Below, in pieces: positions 53,061 through 62,970 of a DNA stretch of 64,000 nucleotides. How positions within the stretch are numbered: the first letter of the stretch is position 1; the number at the start of each line of letters is the position of its first letter. Origin of the DNA: an uncultured Methanoregulaceae archaeon (GTDB lineage: Archaea > Halobacteriota > Methanomicrobia > Methanomicrobiales > Methanospirillaceae). The translations under genes and the position numbers were made by a program. A model generated the notes under the pieces. It was not told the origin of the DNA and ran no database searches. It saw only the letters and a program-made list of their open reading frames with translations. The stretch spans positions 2,536,651 to 2,600,650 of the forward strand of contig OY970061.1 of NCBI GenBank assembly GCA_963705255.1, given 5' to 3'.

Positions 53061-54115
53061 ATGACAGATGCAGTCATAACCGAATTTGCGGGCACGCGCA
53101 AGGGGACCATCGCCCGGTTCTACCAGTATGGAAACGGGGGCGTGCGGGTGCTGGATGCCAAGAAGAACCTGAAGAGACTCTACCTGTTCGATCCATCCAC
53201 GAACATAATGACGGAACGGGATCCGGCGAGACAGGATACGATCATCCGGAGGTTCGTCTTCGATCCGTACGGAATGCTGGAAGAGACGTTTGCATTCGGG
53301 CAGCGGCCACGGACATTCCGCTACGAGGACGGTGCCCGGAGGATCGCGGTGCGGGAAGGCGGGGAGTACGGGGCAGTGGGGAAGCTCTTCACCTTCGAGG
53401 ATACCGGGATTACGGAGACCAGCTGGGGCCGGAACGGCGAGATCGAACGGGTGTACGTCTTCGAATCCGGTGATGAGGTGATCACGGAACGCGCAGGAGG
53501 GTGGTATGGCGATGTGGACCGGACGATCGTCTTCGGGGGGATTCGCGCCTCGGTCTTCCGCGAGCCCGAATCGTTCCTCCAGTTCCTGATGTTCACGGAA
53601 TGGAGTGCCAGCGACCGGGAAGAGGCGGTAAACGAGCAGGTGGCACAGGTCCGGGGGGAAAGGGAGCTTCAGGCCGGAGCCGGTACGCGTATACCGGAGC
53701 ACCGCATCCATCAGCGGACACCGGTGCACCCGGACGCGACCAGCGGCCCCGTATGCCTCCCCGCTCTTCCGATGATGCCGGTATCGATTTTATTCCGAGT
53801 GCCGATTCACCCGGGTCGGTAGTCCCGCGGGGGCCGGCAGCCTCAGCCCGCCCCAGCCGCGAGATCTCCTTTGATGAACGCAGGCCGCGTGGCCGGAACG
53901 AGAACGAGCGGATGCCTCCGGGAAGGAGTGCCGAGATCCCGATTGCGGAACGGTTCGAAGGTGCCCGGGAGAAGGAACAGTTATCCCGCGGGGGTAGTGT
54001 TGATATCCCTCTTGAAGACCGGTTCGAGAGTGCCCGGCGCGAACGGGAGAAGCTGTCCCGGGGGAAGAGTGCGGATATACCCTATGAAGAACGCAAGGGC
54101 GGCGGGGACCGGTAA
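53061..54115 (+). CDS. Hypothetical protein with beta-rich N-domain and repetitive C-terminal tail; frameshift in a G-run near 53655
   Basis: ORF 53061..53822 N-half joins ORF 53501..54115, which carries S(A/V)(D/E)IPxxER repeats. Confidence 0.65.
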
Positions 54116-54164
54116 AAAATTCCAACGATTTTTTTATTACCAGCTTATCAAAAAAAAAAAGAAT

Positions 54165-54350
54165 TTACTCGTCGCACCGGAGTCTTCCGCCCTTCGCAAT
54201 ATCCTCGAGCTCCTTCTCTTCGAAGAAGATCGTGACGAGTTCCTTTTTTGCGCCCAGGGTGCTGACAAGGGTCTCGGTAAATTCCCTGGCGATCCTTCGC
54301 TTCTGTTCGATCGAGATGCCTCTGCGGCTTTTCAGAATAATGACGGGCAT
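54165..54350 (-). CDS. 4-oxalocrotonate tautomerase-family protein
   Basis: Pro after the initiator Met, EQKRRIA, 61 aa, GAGGT SD. Confidence 0.88.
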   Translation of the reverse strand: MPVIILKSRRGISIEQKRRIAREFTETLVSTLGAKKELVTIFFEEKELEDIAKGGRLRCDE

Positions 54351-54543
54351 GGTGGTACCTCACATCAGTTTTTGCCGCAGATCGTTAAACGGGCTTCGGT
54401 TCTGTGTTTCCGGGACCGGCAGGCACCCCCCCACCCTATTTCCTACCCTACTCTCACCAAACCCGGGAAGTTCCAGGATCCCGGACAATTTCAAACCAGT
54501 TTAATTTTTTTTGATCGACCCCACTACCCCCGCTTGAAAATGT

Positions 54544-54590
54544 CTGAAACTACCGTGTAGTTTCAGCAGCCGCTCGGGAGCGGCTTTTTT
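54544..54590 (+). terminator. Two tandem hairpins plus T-tract (terminator or small RNA 3' end)
   Basis: CTGAAACTAC-CGT-GTAGTTTCAG then AGCCGCT-CGGG-AGCGGCT-TTTTT. Confidence 0.5.
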
Positions 54591-54796
54591 CATCGACCCT
54601 GCTTACCGTGATCGGAAATCACCCTATCTCTTTTCCGGTCGGCTTTATCCGGGTCGACCAAACTCTTCCATATCTGCCGCGTGTGGAACGGACCCGGAAC
54701 CGGATCGGTACGGAGGTCGTCGTCGCATCTCTGGTAATGAGGGCACTGAGGATTTCACGGTACCGGACAGGACGTACGCTGGTAAAAAAGTTCTGG

Positions 54797-55159
54797 TTAT
54801 TCATCACACTTGAACTCGATCTCGTCTCCCATATGTTCGGATCCCCAGTCGCAGAGATCGTCGAGTATCGGCATCAGGGACCATCCCTTCTCCGTGAGCG
54901 TGTACTCTACCTTCGGCGGGACCTGCGGGTAGACCTTCCGGATTACGAGGCCGTCTTTCTCGAGTTCCCGGAGTTCCTTCGTGAGCATCCGCTGGGTGAT
55001 CCTGGGCTGTACTTTATCCATGATCTGGCTGAACCGGAGCGTCCCGTCCTTGAGCATGTACATGATCAGCGGTTTCCACTTGCCTCCGATAACGTCCAGC
55101 GTCGCCTCGATCGGCCAACTGTATCTGTATTTTTTCGGCGGAGTTTCCATTGGTATCAA
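54797..55159 (-). CDS. HxlR-family winged-helix regulator
   Basis: TLDVIGGKWKPLI, ITQRMLTKELRELE, VPPKVEYTLT. Confidence 0.93.
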   Translation of the reverse strand: MIPMETPPKKYRYSWPIEATLDVIGGKWKPLIMYMLKDGTLRFSQIMDKVQPRITQRMLTKELRELEKDGLVIRKVYPQVPPKVEYTLTEKGWSLMPILDDLCDWGSEHMGDEIEFKCDE

Positions 55160-55268
55160 ACCTGTCAGTATGTCACACGTTTGTTTGTATGCGCTATTTA
55201 TGCCATACCTATTTTACGTATACTATAATCGTTCCACGAACCTGAGCACCGTTCGGGGAGATGCGCAC

Positions 55269-55820
55269 ATGACGAAGAGGAATGAAAATAATTCAAAGTA
55301 CCTGGTTGCGTTTTTTTCGCGCCCGGGGAATAACTATGTCAACGGGACGATCGTCGACCTGCCGGTCGGCAACACGGAAGTCCTGGCAAAGATGATCCAC
55401 GGGATGGCGGGAGGTGACCTCTTCCGCATCGAGGCGGTGAAGCCATATCCCCGGGATTATACCGATACCACCGAAGTGGCACGGGAAGAACTCCGCAGGA
55501 ATGCCCGGCCGAAACTGAGCGGCCGGGTGGAAAACATAACGTCCTATGGTACGATCTTCCTCGGCTACCCCAACTGGTGGGGAACGATGCCGATGCCGGT
55601 CTTCACCTTCCTGGAGGAATCCGATCTCTCCGGAAAGACCATTGCCCCGTTCTGCACGCACGAGGGGAGCGGTCTCGGCCGGAGCGTTTCCGATATCCGG
55701 AAGATCTGCCCGCGGTCGACCGTCCTGGACGGCCTTGCCATCCGGGGCGGGGACGTGAGGAATGCGAAGGACGCGGTGGCCGGGTGGCTGCGCGGACCGG
55801 GGATGAAGAAGGAGACGTGA
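55269..55820 (+). CDS. Flavodoxin-like protein
   Basis: AFFSR..GNTE, LGYPNWWGTMP, PFCTHEGSG. Confidence 0.92.
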   Translation: MTKRNENNSKYLVAFFSRPGNNYVNGTIVDLPVGNTEVLAKMIHGMAGGDLFRIEAVKPYPRDYTDTTEVAREELRRNARPKLSGRVENITSYGTIFLGYPNWWGTMPMPVFTFLEESDLSGKTIAPFCTHEGSGLGRSVSDIRKICPRSTVLDGLAIRGGDVRNAKDAVAGWLRGPGMKKET

Positions 55821-55855
55821 CCGCGAGGTCCCGCCTGAAAGATCTGGTGAAAAAA

Positions 55856-57056
55856 ATGCTGTACAGGAAAATGCCGAAGAACGGCGATGAACTCTCCGTT
55901 CTCGGGTTCGGCTGCATGCGTCTGGCATCAAGGGAGGACGGCTCGATCGATGAAGCGAGGGCGGCAAAACAGCTGCGCTCCGCGATCGACCAGGGTGTGA
56001 ACTATGTCGATACTGCCTGGCCTTATCACATGGGGCAGAGCGAGCCGTTCGTGGGGCGTGCCCTTGCGGACGGGTACCGTGCGAAAGTAAAACTCGCGAC
56101 AAAACTCCCGTCCTGGCTCATCGAAAAGCGGGAGGACATGGACCGGTTCTTGAATGCCCAGCTGGAGAAACTCAAAACCGACCACATCGACTATTATCTC
56201 GTCCACGCTCTCGTTGGGGACCTGTGGGACTCGGTCGGGAAGCTGGGTGTGGCGGATTTCCTCGACCGGGCGAAGGCCGACGGCCGCATCCGGAACGCGG
56301 GCTTCTCGTTCCATGGTGCATCGGAGGACTTCAGCCGGATCGTGGACGCGTACGACTGGGGCTTCTGCCAGATCCAGTACAACTTCCTGGATGAAAAGAA
56401 CCAGGCCGGCACCGCAGGGCTTGAATACGCGGCCTCAAAAGGTCTTGGCGTCATCATCATGGAGCCCCTCCGGGGAGGGAACCTCACGAGGACCGTGCCC
56501 CCCGCGGTGAGAGAGATCTGGGACGAGGCGCCGGTAAAGAGGACTCCCGCCGAATGGGCCCTCCGCTGGATATGGAACCATCCCGAGGTCACGGTCGTCC
56601 TCTCCGGGATGAATGACGAGGCGCATATCCGGGAGAATCTCAGCATTGCGGACCAGGCGTACCCCAACTCGCTGACGAACGCGGAACTGCAGCTGGTAAA
56701 ACGGGTGGAGAAGAAGTACCGCGAACTGATGAAAGTGGCCTGTACCGGCTGCCAGTACCTGCATGCCCTGTCCTTCCGGGGTAAATATCCCGCTCTGTTT
56801 CGAGCATTACAACAACCTGACCCTCGCCGACAATCCCGACGGGGAAAAATTCATGTACGCAGCCCGGCTCGGCGGCGCTGTCGCCCTCGGGACGCCCGAG
56901 TTTGCATCCCTGTGCGTGCAGTGCGGGCAGTGTGCCGAGAAGTGCCCCCAGCACATCGATATACCCACGGTCCTCGAATCCGTTGTGGAGGAACTCGAGG
57001 GACCTGATCTAAAAGAGAGGGCTGCCATGGCAAAGAAGATGTTCAAGCAGGTGTAA
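55856..57056 (+). CDS. Aldo/keto reductase with 4Fe-4S domain (paralog of 31715); extra C near 56759
   Basis: LGFGCMRL; CTGCQY/CMPCP split by the frameshift; CVQCGQCAEKCPQ. Confidence 0.92.
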
Positions 57057-57090
57057 AAGCGGAACGGTTCATAAGAGGAGGTTCGATATC

Positions 57091-58071
57091 ATGGACTATG
57101 TGAAACTGGGAAATACCGGGATGGATGTGTCCCGGATCTGTCTGGGCTGCATGAGTTTTGGCGGGGAAGGAAAGGGATTATTTCCCTGGGCACTTGACGA
57201 GAAGAGCAGCCGCCCGATAATCAAAAAAGCCCTTGACTACGGTATCAATTTTTTTGATACGGCCAATATGTACTCTGACGGAAGGAGCGAAGAGATCGTT
57301 GGCCGGGTGTTAAAGGATTATGCAGACCGGGATGAAATTGTCCTCGCGTCGAAGGTTTTTTTCCCGACGCGAAAAGGCCCGAATAGTGCCGGGCTCTCCC
57401 GGAAGGCGATCCTGAGCGAGATCGACAGGAGCCTCAGGAGACTGGGAACCGACTACGTGGATCTCTACTACATCCACCGATGGGATCACCATACTCCCAT
57501 CGAAGTGACGATGGAAGCACTGCACGATGTCGTGAAGTCCGGGAAGGCACGGTATATCGGTGCCTCTTCCATGTACGCATGGCAGTTCCTCAAGGCAAAC
57601 CAGGTAGCGGAGAAGAACGGGTGGACGAAGTTTGTGGCGATGCAGGATCACTACAGTCTGATGTACCGCGAGGAGGAAAGGGAGATGCTTCCGCTCTGCA
57701 GGGAGGAAAAGATAGCCGTCGTTCCATGGGCCGCGCTCGCATCGGGAAGACTGGCACGCGAATGGGGGGCATCAACCCCCCGTTCGAAGATCGATGAGAT
57801 CGGCAACCATCTCTTCGCCGCAACATCCGGGACGGACAGGAAGGTTGTTGATCGACTGGGGGAGGTAGCGAAAAAACGAGGGGTGCCACGGGCCCAGGTC
57901 GCGCTCGCCTGGCTGCTGAAAGACCCGGTCATCACTCCCATTGTCGGTCCCACGAAAATCTCTCATGTTGAGGATGCGGTAGCTGCACTTTCGATAACGC
58001 TGACACCGGAAGAGATTGCGTTGCTGGAAGAACCGTACGTGCCGCACCCGGTGATTGGGATAGATGTATAG
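57091..58071 (+). CDS. Aldo/keto reductase (aryl-alcohol dehydrogenase-like)
   Basis: GINFFDTANMY, LGTDYVDLYYIHRWD, YIGASSM. Confidence 0.93.
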   Translation: MDYVKLGNTGMDVSRICLGCMSFGGEGKGLFPWALDEKSSRPIIKKALDYGINFFDTANMYSDGRSEEIVGRVLKDYADRDEIVLASKVFFPTRKGPNSAGLSRKAILSEIDRSLRRLGTDYVDLYYIHRWDHHTPIEVTMEALHDVVKSGKARYIGASSMYAWQFLKANQVAEKNGWTKFVAMQDHYSLMYREEEREMLPLCREEKIAVVPWAALASGRLAREWGASTPRSKIDEIGNHLFAATSGTDRKVVDRLGEVAKKRGVPRAQVALAWLLKDPVITPIVGPTKISHVEDAVAALSITLTPEEIALLEEPYVPHPVIGIDV

Positions 58072-58131
58072 ACTCGTTTACCCAGAACGGAAATGACCAC
58101 CAGAGTCTCGCGAAAAACGAAAGAACAGATT

Positions 58132-58548
58132 ATGAACAAACCGGACGATGGATGTGAAAGGGTAATCTTCCCGAAAGGCGGGAAGGTTTCGAACGACCAT
58201 TTTATCGGGGATGTATGGCTGGAAATGCTGATCCCGGACGACCGCATGTTCAACTGCCCCATAGGGAACGTAACGTTTGCACCCGGTGCGAGGAACAGCT
58301 GGCATACCCATCCCGGGGGCCAGATCCTGCTCGTTACCGGGGGCAAAGGATTTTCGCAGGAAGAGGGAAGGAAGGCACAGGTAATCCGGGGAGGGGATGT
58401 TGTGAAGGTACCGCCGGGCGTGAAACACTGGCACGGTGCCGCGCCCGACAGCTGGCATACCCACCTCGCGATCATGCCCGATTCCCGGAAGGGAGACGCC
58501 GAATGGTTCGAGCCGGTAACTGATGAAGAGTACCGGAAATTACTATAA
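58132..58548 (+). CDS. Cupin-domain protein
   Basis: WHTHPGGQIL, KHWHGA. Confidence 0.92.
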   Translation: MNKPDDGCERVIFPKGGKVSNDHFIGDVWLEMLIPDDRMFNCPIGNVTFAPGARNSWHTHPGGQILLVTGGKGFSQEEGRKAQVIRGGDVVKVPPGVKHWHGAAPDSWHTHLAIMPDSRKGDAEWFEPVTDEEYRKLL

Positions 58549-58693
58549 CCTGTTTTTTTATCCCTTCCCAAATACGTTCTTCAAAAAAGGCCCCCAACGA
58601 AATCCCCACCTACACGGACTTTTGCCCTCCAAACGTGGCTAAACATGTCCTCAATTTTTCCCGTCGACAAACTTCTGCAATTTCCGGGCCCTG

Positions 58694-59935
58694 TTCCGCC
58701 TTTTTGCGAATTATGACCTCTAATCCGGGCGATTTTTGGAAAAGAAGTACAACCGGCAACGTCGCGGGTTCCATTGTACCAGAATTCCCTCAGGGAGTCC
58801 CATGCCCATATGGGTCTCCTGTAAGAGGTCCTGACAACGGAGCCTCAGGGAAGATATGGGAACAGGTCCGTGACTGATTCATGTGCCGGCAGAATCCCGG
58901 CCGGGAAAAAAGATTGGATGAGAATTTTCCGGTGAATCACGTTGACGGAAAATCCTGAACGGTCAAAAATAGTACCAGGAAATTTTCCCGGCACTCACCC
59001 TGCCAACACCATGGCCGCGAGCGGCCTCCCATCCCGGTCGATCTCGATGAGCCCGGCCGCTGTGACGAGGAAGAACCGCCAGGTCCCATGCTTCGACCGG
59101 AGCCAGAGCTCGGCCGAGACTGCCGCGTTCCGGGCGATGATCCGGAGCTGTGCGATCTCGTCTTTGAAGTCGTCTGCAATCTCGCTCGCCGCCCCGAGGA
59201 TCCGGGCCGCGAACATCACCCGGATGAACGCGATCGGGAGCTTCGAGACGATCGAGATGTCGTAGATCCGCTCGGGGCTGAGGCCCGCGAGCTGGACGAC
59301 GCCACGCAGCTGTGCGATGGGTATCGCCTCAGCGAGCGCCCGGTGCGGACGCGGTCCGCGGCTCACCGGCAGCACCTCCAGGTGGTTTCTGAGTTGGTTG
59401 CCGGATTTTGTACCGGCGGGGTTTTGGATTCTCTCATGCGTTGTTACCTCCTTTCTGTTGTAGTGTCGCGGGGCCCTTTGACAGAACAGGATTAGCTCTG
59501 GGTATATAAGCGCTTGTATGAATAAATTGGAAAACGCGAAAACGGAGGATTTTGGTGGCGATTGGGAGCGAACGGAGCGTAATGGGATGAGATTGATGTG
59601 CGCAAAAATGGGAACCGGATACAGGTTCACCGGCGAGACCCTCTTACGGGGCCTTGTCCGTAAATCCTCAATCCGGCCATCCCGACCCACGGTACCCTGA
59701 CCGGTCCGGAGTCCGGGCCCTGAAACACTGCTAATTATTACCTCCATTATTCCCGTGGGAGAACGCCCGGGAATTCCGGTCTCCATTCCGCGTTTTCCGG
59801 AATTATGACCTCCCGAACCGGGAGATCCAGGGAATAGCGGTACAACCGGCACCGTTCCGGGCCCCGTTGTACCGGAATTGCCTCTGGCACTCCCTGACCT
59901 CACCGGGTCTCCCGGGAAGGGGCATTACGACGGAG
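58694..59935. repeat. Two imperfect ~150-bp direct repeats (58694-58851 and 59786-59935)
   Basis: Shared blocks GAATTATGACCTC, GTACAACCGGCA, TTGTACC.GAATT.CCTC and GGGTCTCC in the same order and similar spacing. Confidence 0.75.
58995..59366 (-). CDS. 123-aa hypothetical protein, possibly restriction-endonuclease-like fold (GTG start)
   Basis: GGAGGTG SD before GTG; (M)SRGPRPHRALAEAIPIAQLRG...YDISI...AFIRV...ELWLRSKHGTWRFF. Confidence 0.7.
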   Translation of the reverse strand: MSRGPRPHRALAEAIPIAQLRGVVQLAGLSPERIYDISIVSKLPIAFIRVMFAARILGAASEIADDFKDEIAQLRIIARNAAVSAELWLRSKHGTWRFFLVTAAGLIEIDRDGRPLAAMVLAG

Positions 59936-60436
59936 GCGTCCTTCGAGAACCCGTGCCGGGGCAGGGGTGCGACCGGTCTGTGTTGAGCCCGGATCAATAC
60001 GGAAAATATTTTTTGCCGGCACCAGATCCGGCTGGAAAAATTCCGGCACGAAGAGAGTTCAGAGCCCGGGAAATTTTTTACTTGGGACTCTTGTGCCGGC
60101 AAAAAATTTCCGATTCGTCCGGTTCTGCCGGGAAAATTTTTCACCGCGAACGCGTCTGGCGGCCGGACATTTTCCGGTCGGGGGAACATATCCACTGAGT
60201 TGGCTGGGCCAGATTTTCCAGTGGCCGGCCGCAATTGCTGCTCCGGTGTCGGCCGCATGGGTGGTGCAGGCCCGGCCTCTCTTTTGATTGACGGACCCGG
60301 AACCGGGTTGGTACTGAGGCCGTCGTTCTTCTCCGGAACCGAGGGCACTGATAAGCGCCGTACTATCTGGTCAGAGCGAGAAGGTTCAGACCATGCATTT
60401 TTTACCGTCAGAAGACTATCATCTTTTATCGGAACC

Positions 60437-60728
60437 ATGACATCGGCTGGGGAGATACGGGAAATCCTGAGGAAGTGCCTGCCGGAGATCCGTGAAAAAT
60501 ACGGCGTGACATCCATCGGTATCTTCGGATCCTACGCACGCGGAGAAGCAGCCCCGGCCAGTGATATCGATATTATTGTAGAATTCGACCGGCCGATCGG
60601 GTGGGAACTTGTCGACCTCGCCGATTATCTCGAATCTATTCTCCATCACAAAGTAGACCTGGTCATACGGAGATCCCTCCATCCTCTTATCCGGGATACC
60701 ATCCTCGCCGAGGTACAGGTACGCATGA
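60437..60728 (+). CDS. Minimal nucleotidyltransferase antitoxin (MNT); fused to the next gene by a probable extra G
   Basis: IFGSYARGE...SDIDI; removing one G gives EVQYA* with an ATGA overlap. Confidence 0.88.
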
Positions 60729-61072
60729 CCGCCCGGTCTCCCGCGTTGTACCTTTCAGAAATCCTCTCCTCGATGGATAAGATCGAACGTTACGTTGCCG
60801 GATTATCCTACGATGAATTCATCTTTAGCGAGCAGACCGTCGACGCAGTTGAACGAAACATTGAGAAGATCGGTGAAGCTGCGGCGGCGATCCCGGATGA
60901 TGTCAGGGAACGGCATCCGGAAGTGCCCTGGAAAACGATCGTGGGCCTGAGAAACAAAGTTATTCATCATTATTTTGCCGTAGATCACGAAGTCATCTGG
61001 CAGATTGTCACGAAGAATATCCCGGCGACCAAGGGAAAAATTGCTAAGATCCTCCGGGAATATTCCCGGTAA
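60725..61072 (+). CDS. HepT-like (DUF86) HEPN RNase toxin
   Basis: IGEAA, VPW, RNKVIHHY (Rx4HxY). Confidence 0.9.
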   Translation: MTARSPALYLSEILSSMDKIERYVAGLSYDEFIFSEQTVDAVERNIEKIGEAAAAIPDDVRERHPEVPWKTIVGLRNKVIHHYFAVDHEVIWQIVTKNIPATKGKIAKILREYSR

Positions 61073-61300
61073 CCGGCGGGTCATCCGCTTCCATACCGGC
61101 CGCGTGCGTGTGGGGCGGGGCCGGGCTGGTACTGATTGGGCGGACCCGGCGCCGGATCGGGTTGAGGCCGTCTTCAATCTCCGGGACCGAGGGCACTGAG
61201 AATTTGCTGGTACCGATGATGTCGTTGAGTGCAGGATGAAACAATATATTCATCTGACAACATACGCGAGATAGAGAACAGCAGGAGGTTTTCCCAAACA

Positions 61301-61690
61301 ATGGCTCCCGACTCTGGCGAATGATTCCGGCAGGCTCAATACGATCTCGGTACTGCCGAATCTCTCATCTCCGCCGGGCGCTATCCTCCGGTGATCTTCT
61401 TCTGTCACCTTGCACTCGAAAAAGCATTGAAAGCGTTGTACGTCGAGAAATTCAAGGATAATCCGGATAAGACTCACAGCCTGATCTTTCTCGTTGAAAT
61501 CCTCGAACTCGAAGTGCCTCAGCAGTATATGGACTCTTTGTTTGTCATTAATCGTATCGGAATTACCGGACGATATCCGCATAACCTTGATGTGGTTCTT
61601 GAACAATATACCAAAGAGAAGATGGAAAAAATCCTCAGCGAGTCAAAGGAGATTCTCACATGGTTGACGCACAAATCCTCGAAGCGGTAA
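61301..61690 (+). pseudogene. HEPN-domain protein with in-frame TGA at codon 8
   Basis: GGAGG SD; MAPDSGE*FRQAQYDL...FFCHLALEKALKA...KTHSL...RYP. Confidence 0.8.
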
Positions 61691-62001
61691 ATTTTTTCAG
61701 CGCTGTCGTGAGAAAGAACGGCGTTCATATTCACGATATTATCCTGTTCGGGTCTTCGAGTACCGGAACATCATCACCAAATAGTGATATCGATGTCGCG
61801 ATCATTTCCAGCGATTTTGCTGGCAGGGATATTTTTGAGCGGGCTCTCATGACGAAAGATGCAGAGATCCAGACCGTCAGGAAGTTCAAGATTGCCCTTG
61901 ATGTGCTCACCCTGACCCCGGAAGAATACCAGGATCCGACGTCCCTGATTGCTGGTACACTCAGAAAGGGAATCGTTGTGCCGATCACTTCATCTGCCTG
62001 A
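61660..62001 (+). CDS. Nucleotidyltransferase-domain protein (MNT)
   Basis: ILFGSS...SDIDVAIISSDF; paired with the HEPN gene. Confidence 0.88.
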   Translation: MVDAQILEAVNFFSAVVRKNGVHIHDIILFGSSSTGTSSPNSDIDVAIISSDFAGRDIFERALMTKDAEIQTVRKFKIALDVLTLTPEEYQDPTSLIAGTLRKGIVVPITSSA

Positions 62002-62524
62002 GATAATCCGACACGTGCGTTCAGTCCCGGATCTCTTTCCAGCGGGGCCGCGTGCGGGGGGGCGGGGGCCGGATGCGGAGGGGGGCTGCCGTCAAGTGCC
62101 GCGACCGGAAATAACCCCCTCGACTTTTTGAAAAACCCTCGTTCACAATCCCCAGTCCTGGCCAACAACCCAGACCACGTCCCGACCCGACTTTTCCACC
62201 TGTAATTGATTTATAGCGGCATATTTTTTGGACGAGAATTATGGGAATTCTGCCAATACGAGCCCAAAATCGCCTCCTCTGAAAACAAGCGACAGATGTT
62301 TTTACGTTATCGGCCGAAAAAGTGTACCGGATCAGGCCATCGGAGGCCAGAATAAGCCCCGATGGCTTTACCCCTCCGGACACCGACGTTTCCGCCGGAG
62401 ACCCCACTCCGGCGATCGCGAGGGTAGCAACCCTGAGTAATCCACGACGACAGCAGATACGGGGATATTTTAAATTGGAAAAGAACCAATGAGAACCAGC
62501 CAAAGAAGCAAGCGAGGTGACAAT

Positions 62525-62662
62525 ATGCCAACGAGTAAGAAACAATTGGTGAAGCTGAACCAGGCGAAGAAGGCCAAGGCAGAAGAGCTCTCGAAGCAGG
62601 CGGCTGGTGGCAGCAAAGAGGCCCAGAAAAAGCTCAAGAAGCTTGAGAAAAAGCTCAAGTGA
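62525..62662 (+). CDS. 45-aa Lys-rich small protein (below ORF-track cutoff)
   Basis: MPTSKKQLVKLNQAKKAKAEELSKQAAGGSKEAQKKLKKLEKKLK; GAGGTGA SD; T-tract after the stop. Confidence 0.75.
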   Translation: MPTSKKQLVKLNQAKKAKAEELSKQAAGGSKEAQKKLKKLEKKLK

Positions 62663-62970
62663 GCCGCCGGCGCCTTGCTCATCTTTTTTATGGTTTTTCA
62701 ATGCGTATACCGGGGGCACTAAGCAGCGCCGGTACTGACGGGTCGTGCCGCGTGCGGTGGGGCGGAGCCGGGCTTGTCGTGGTTGGGCGGACCCGGGACC
62801 GGATTTAGTACCGACCCGTCGTCAATCTCCGGAACCGAGGGCAATAAGGAGCGCCGGTACTGATGTATTACCATGAAACGTGGGTTAAAGAACGAATAAG
62901 ATTTGAGCACATTTTCCTTCAATTCGGAAATAAGGAGTATATAAGACGAGTTAAAAGCGAGGATTCATTT

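Larger units (their letters stand above)
60251..62865 (+). repeat. GC-rich ~115-bp direct repeat family: 60251-60364, 61098-61218, 62747-62865; partial copies 62046-62072 and 62714-62738
   Basis: Shared GCCGCRTG, CGGACCCGG..CCGG, TCTCCGGRACCGAGGGCAMT. Confidence 0.85.

Noticed and set aside
60200-61072. Natural MNT-HEPN fusion protein (290-aa ORF)
   Set aside because: Removing one doubled G restores the usual ATGA-coupled two-gene layout, matching the window's indel error pattern
61322-61324. Selenocysteine recoding of the in-frame TGA
   Set aside because: The position corresponds to Trp rather than Cys, no SECIS is evident, and Methanomicrobiales are not known to use Sec
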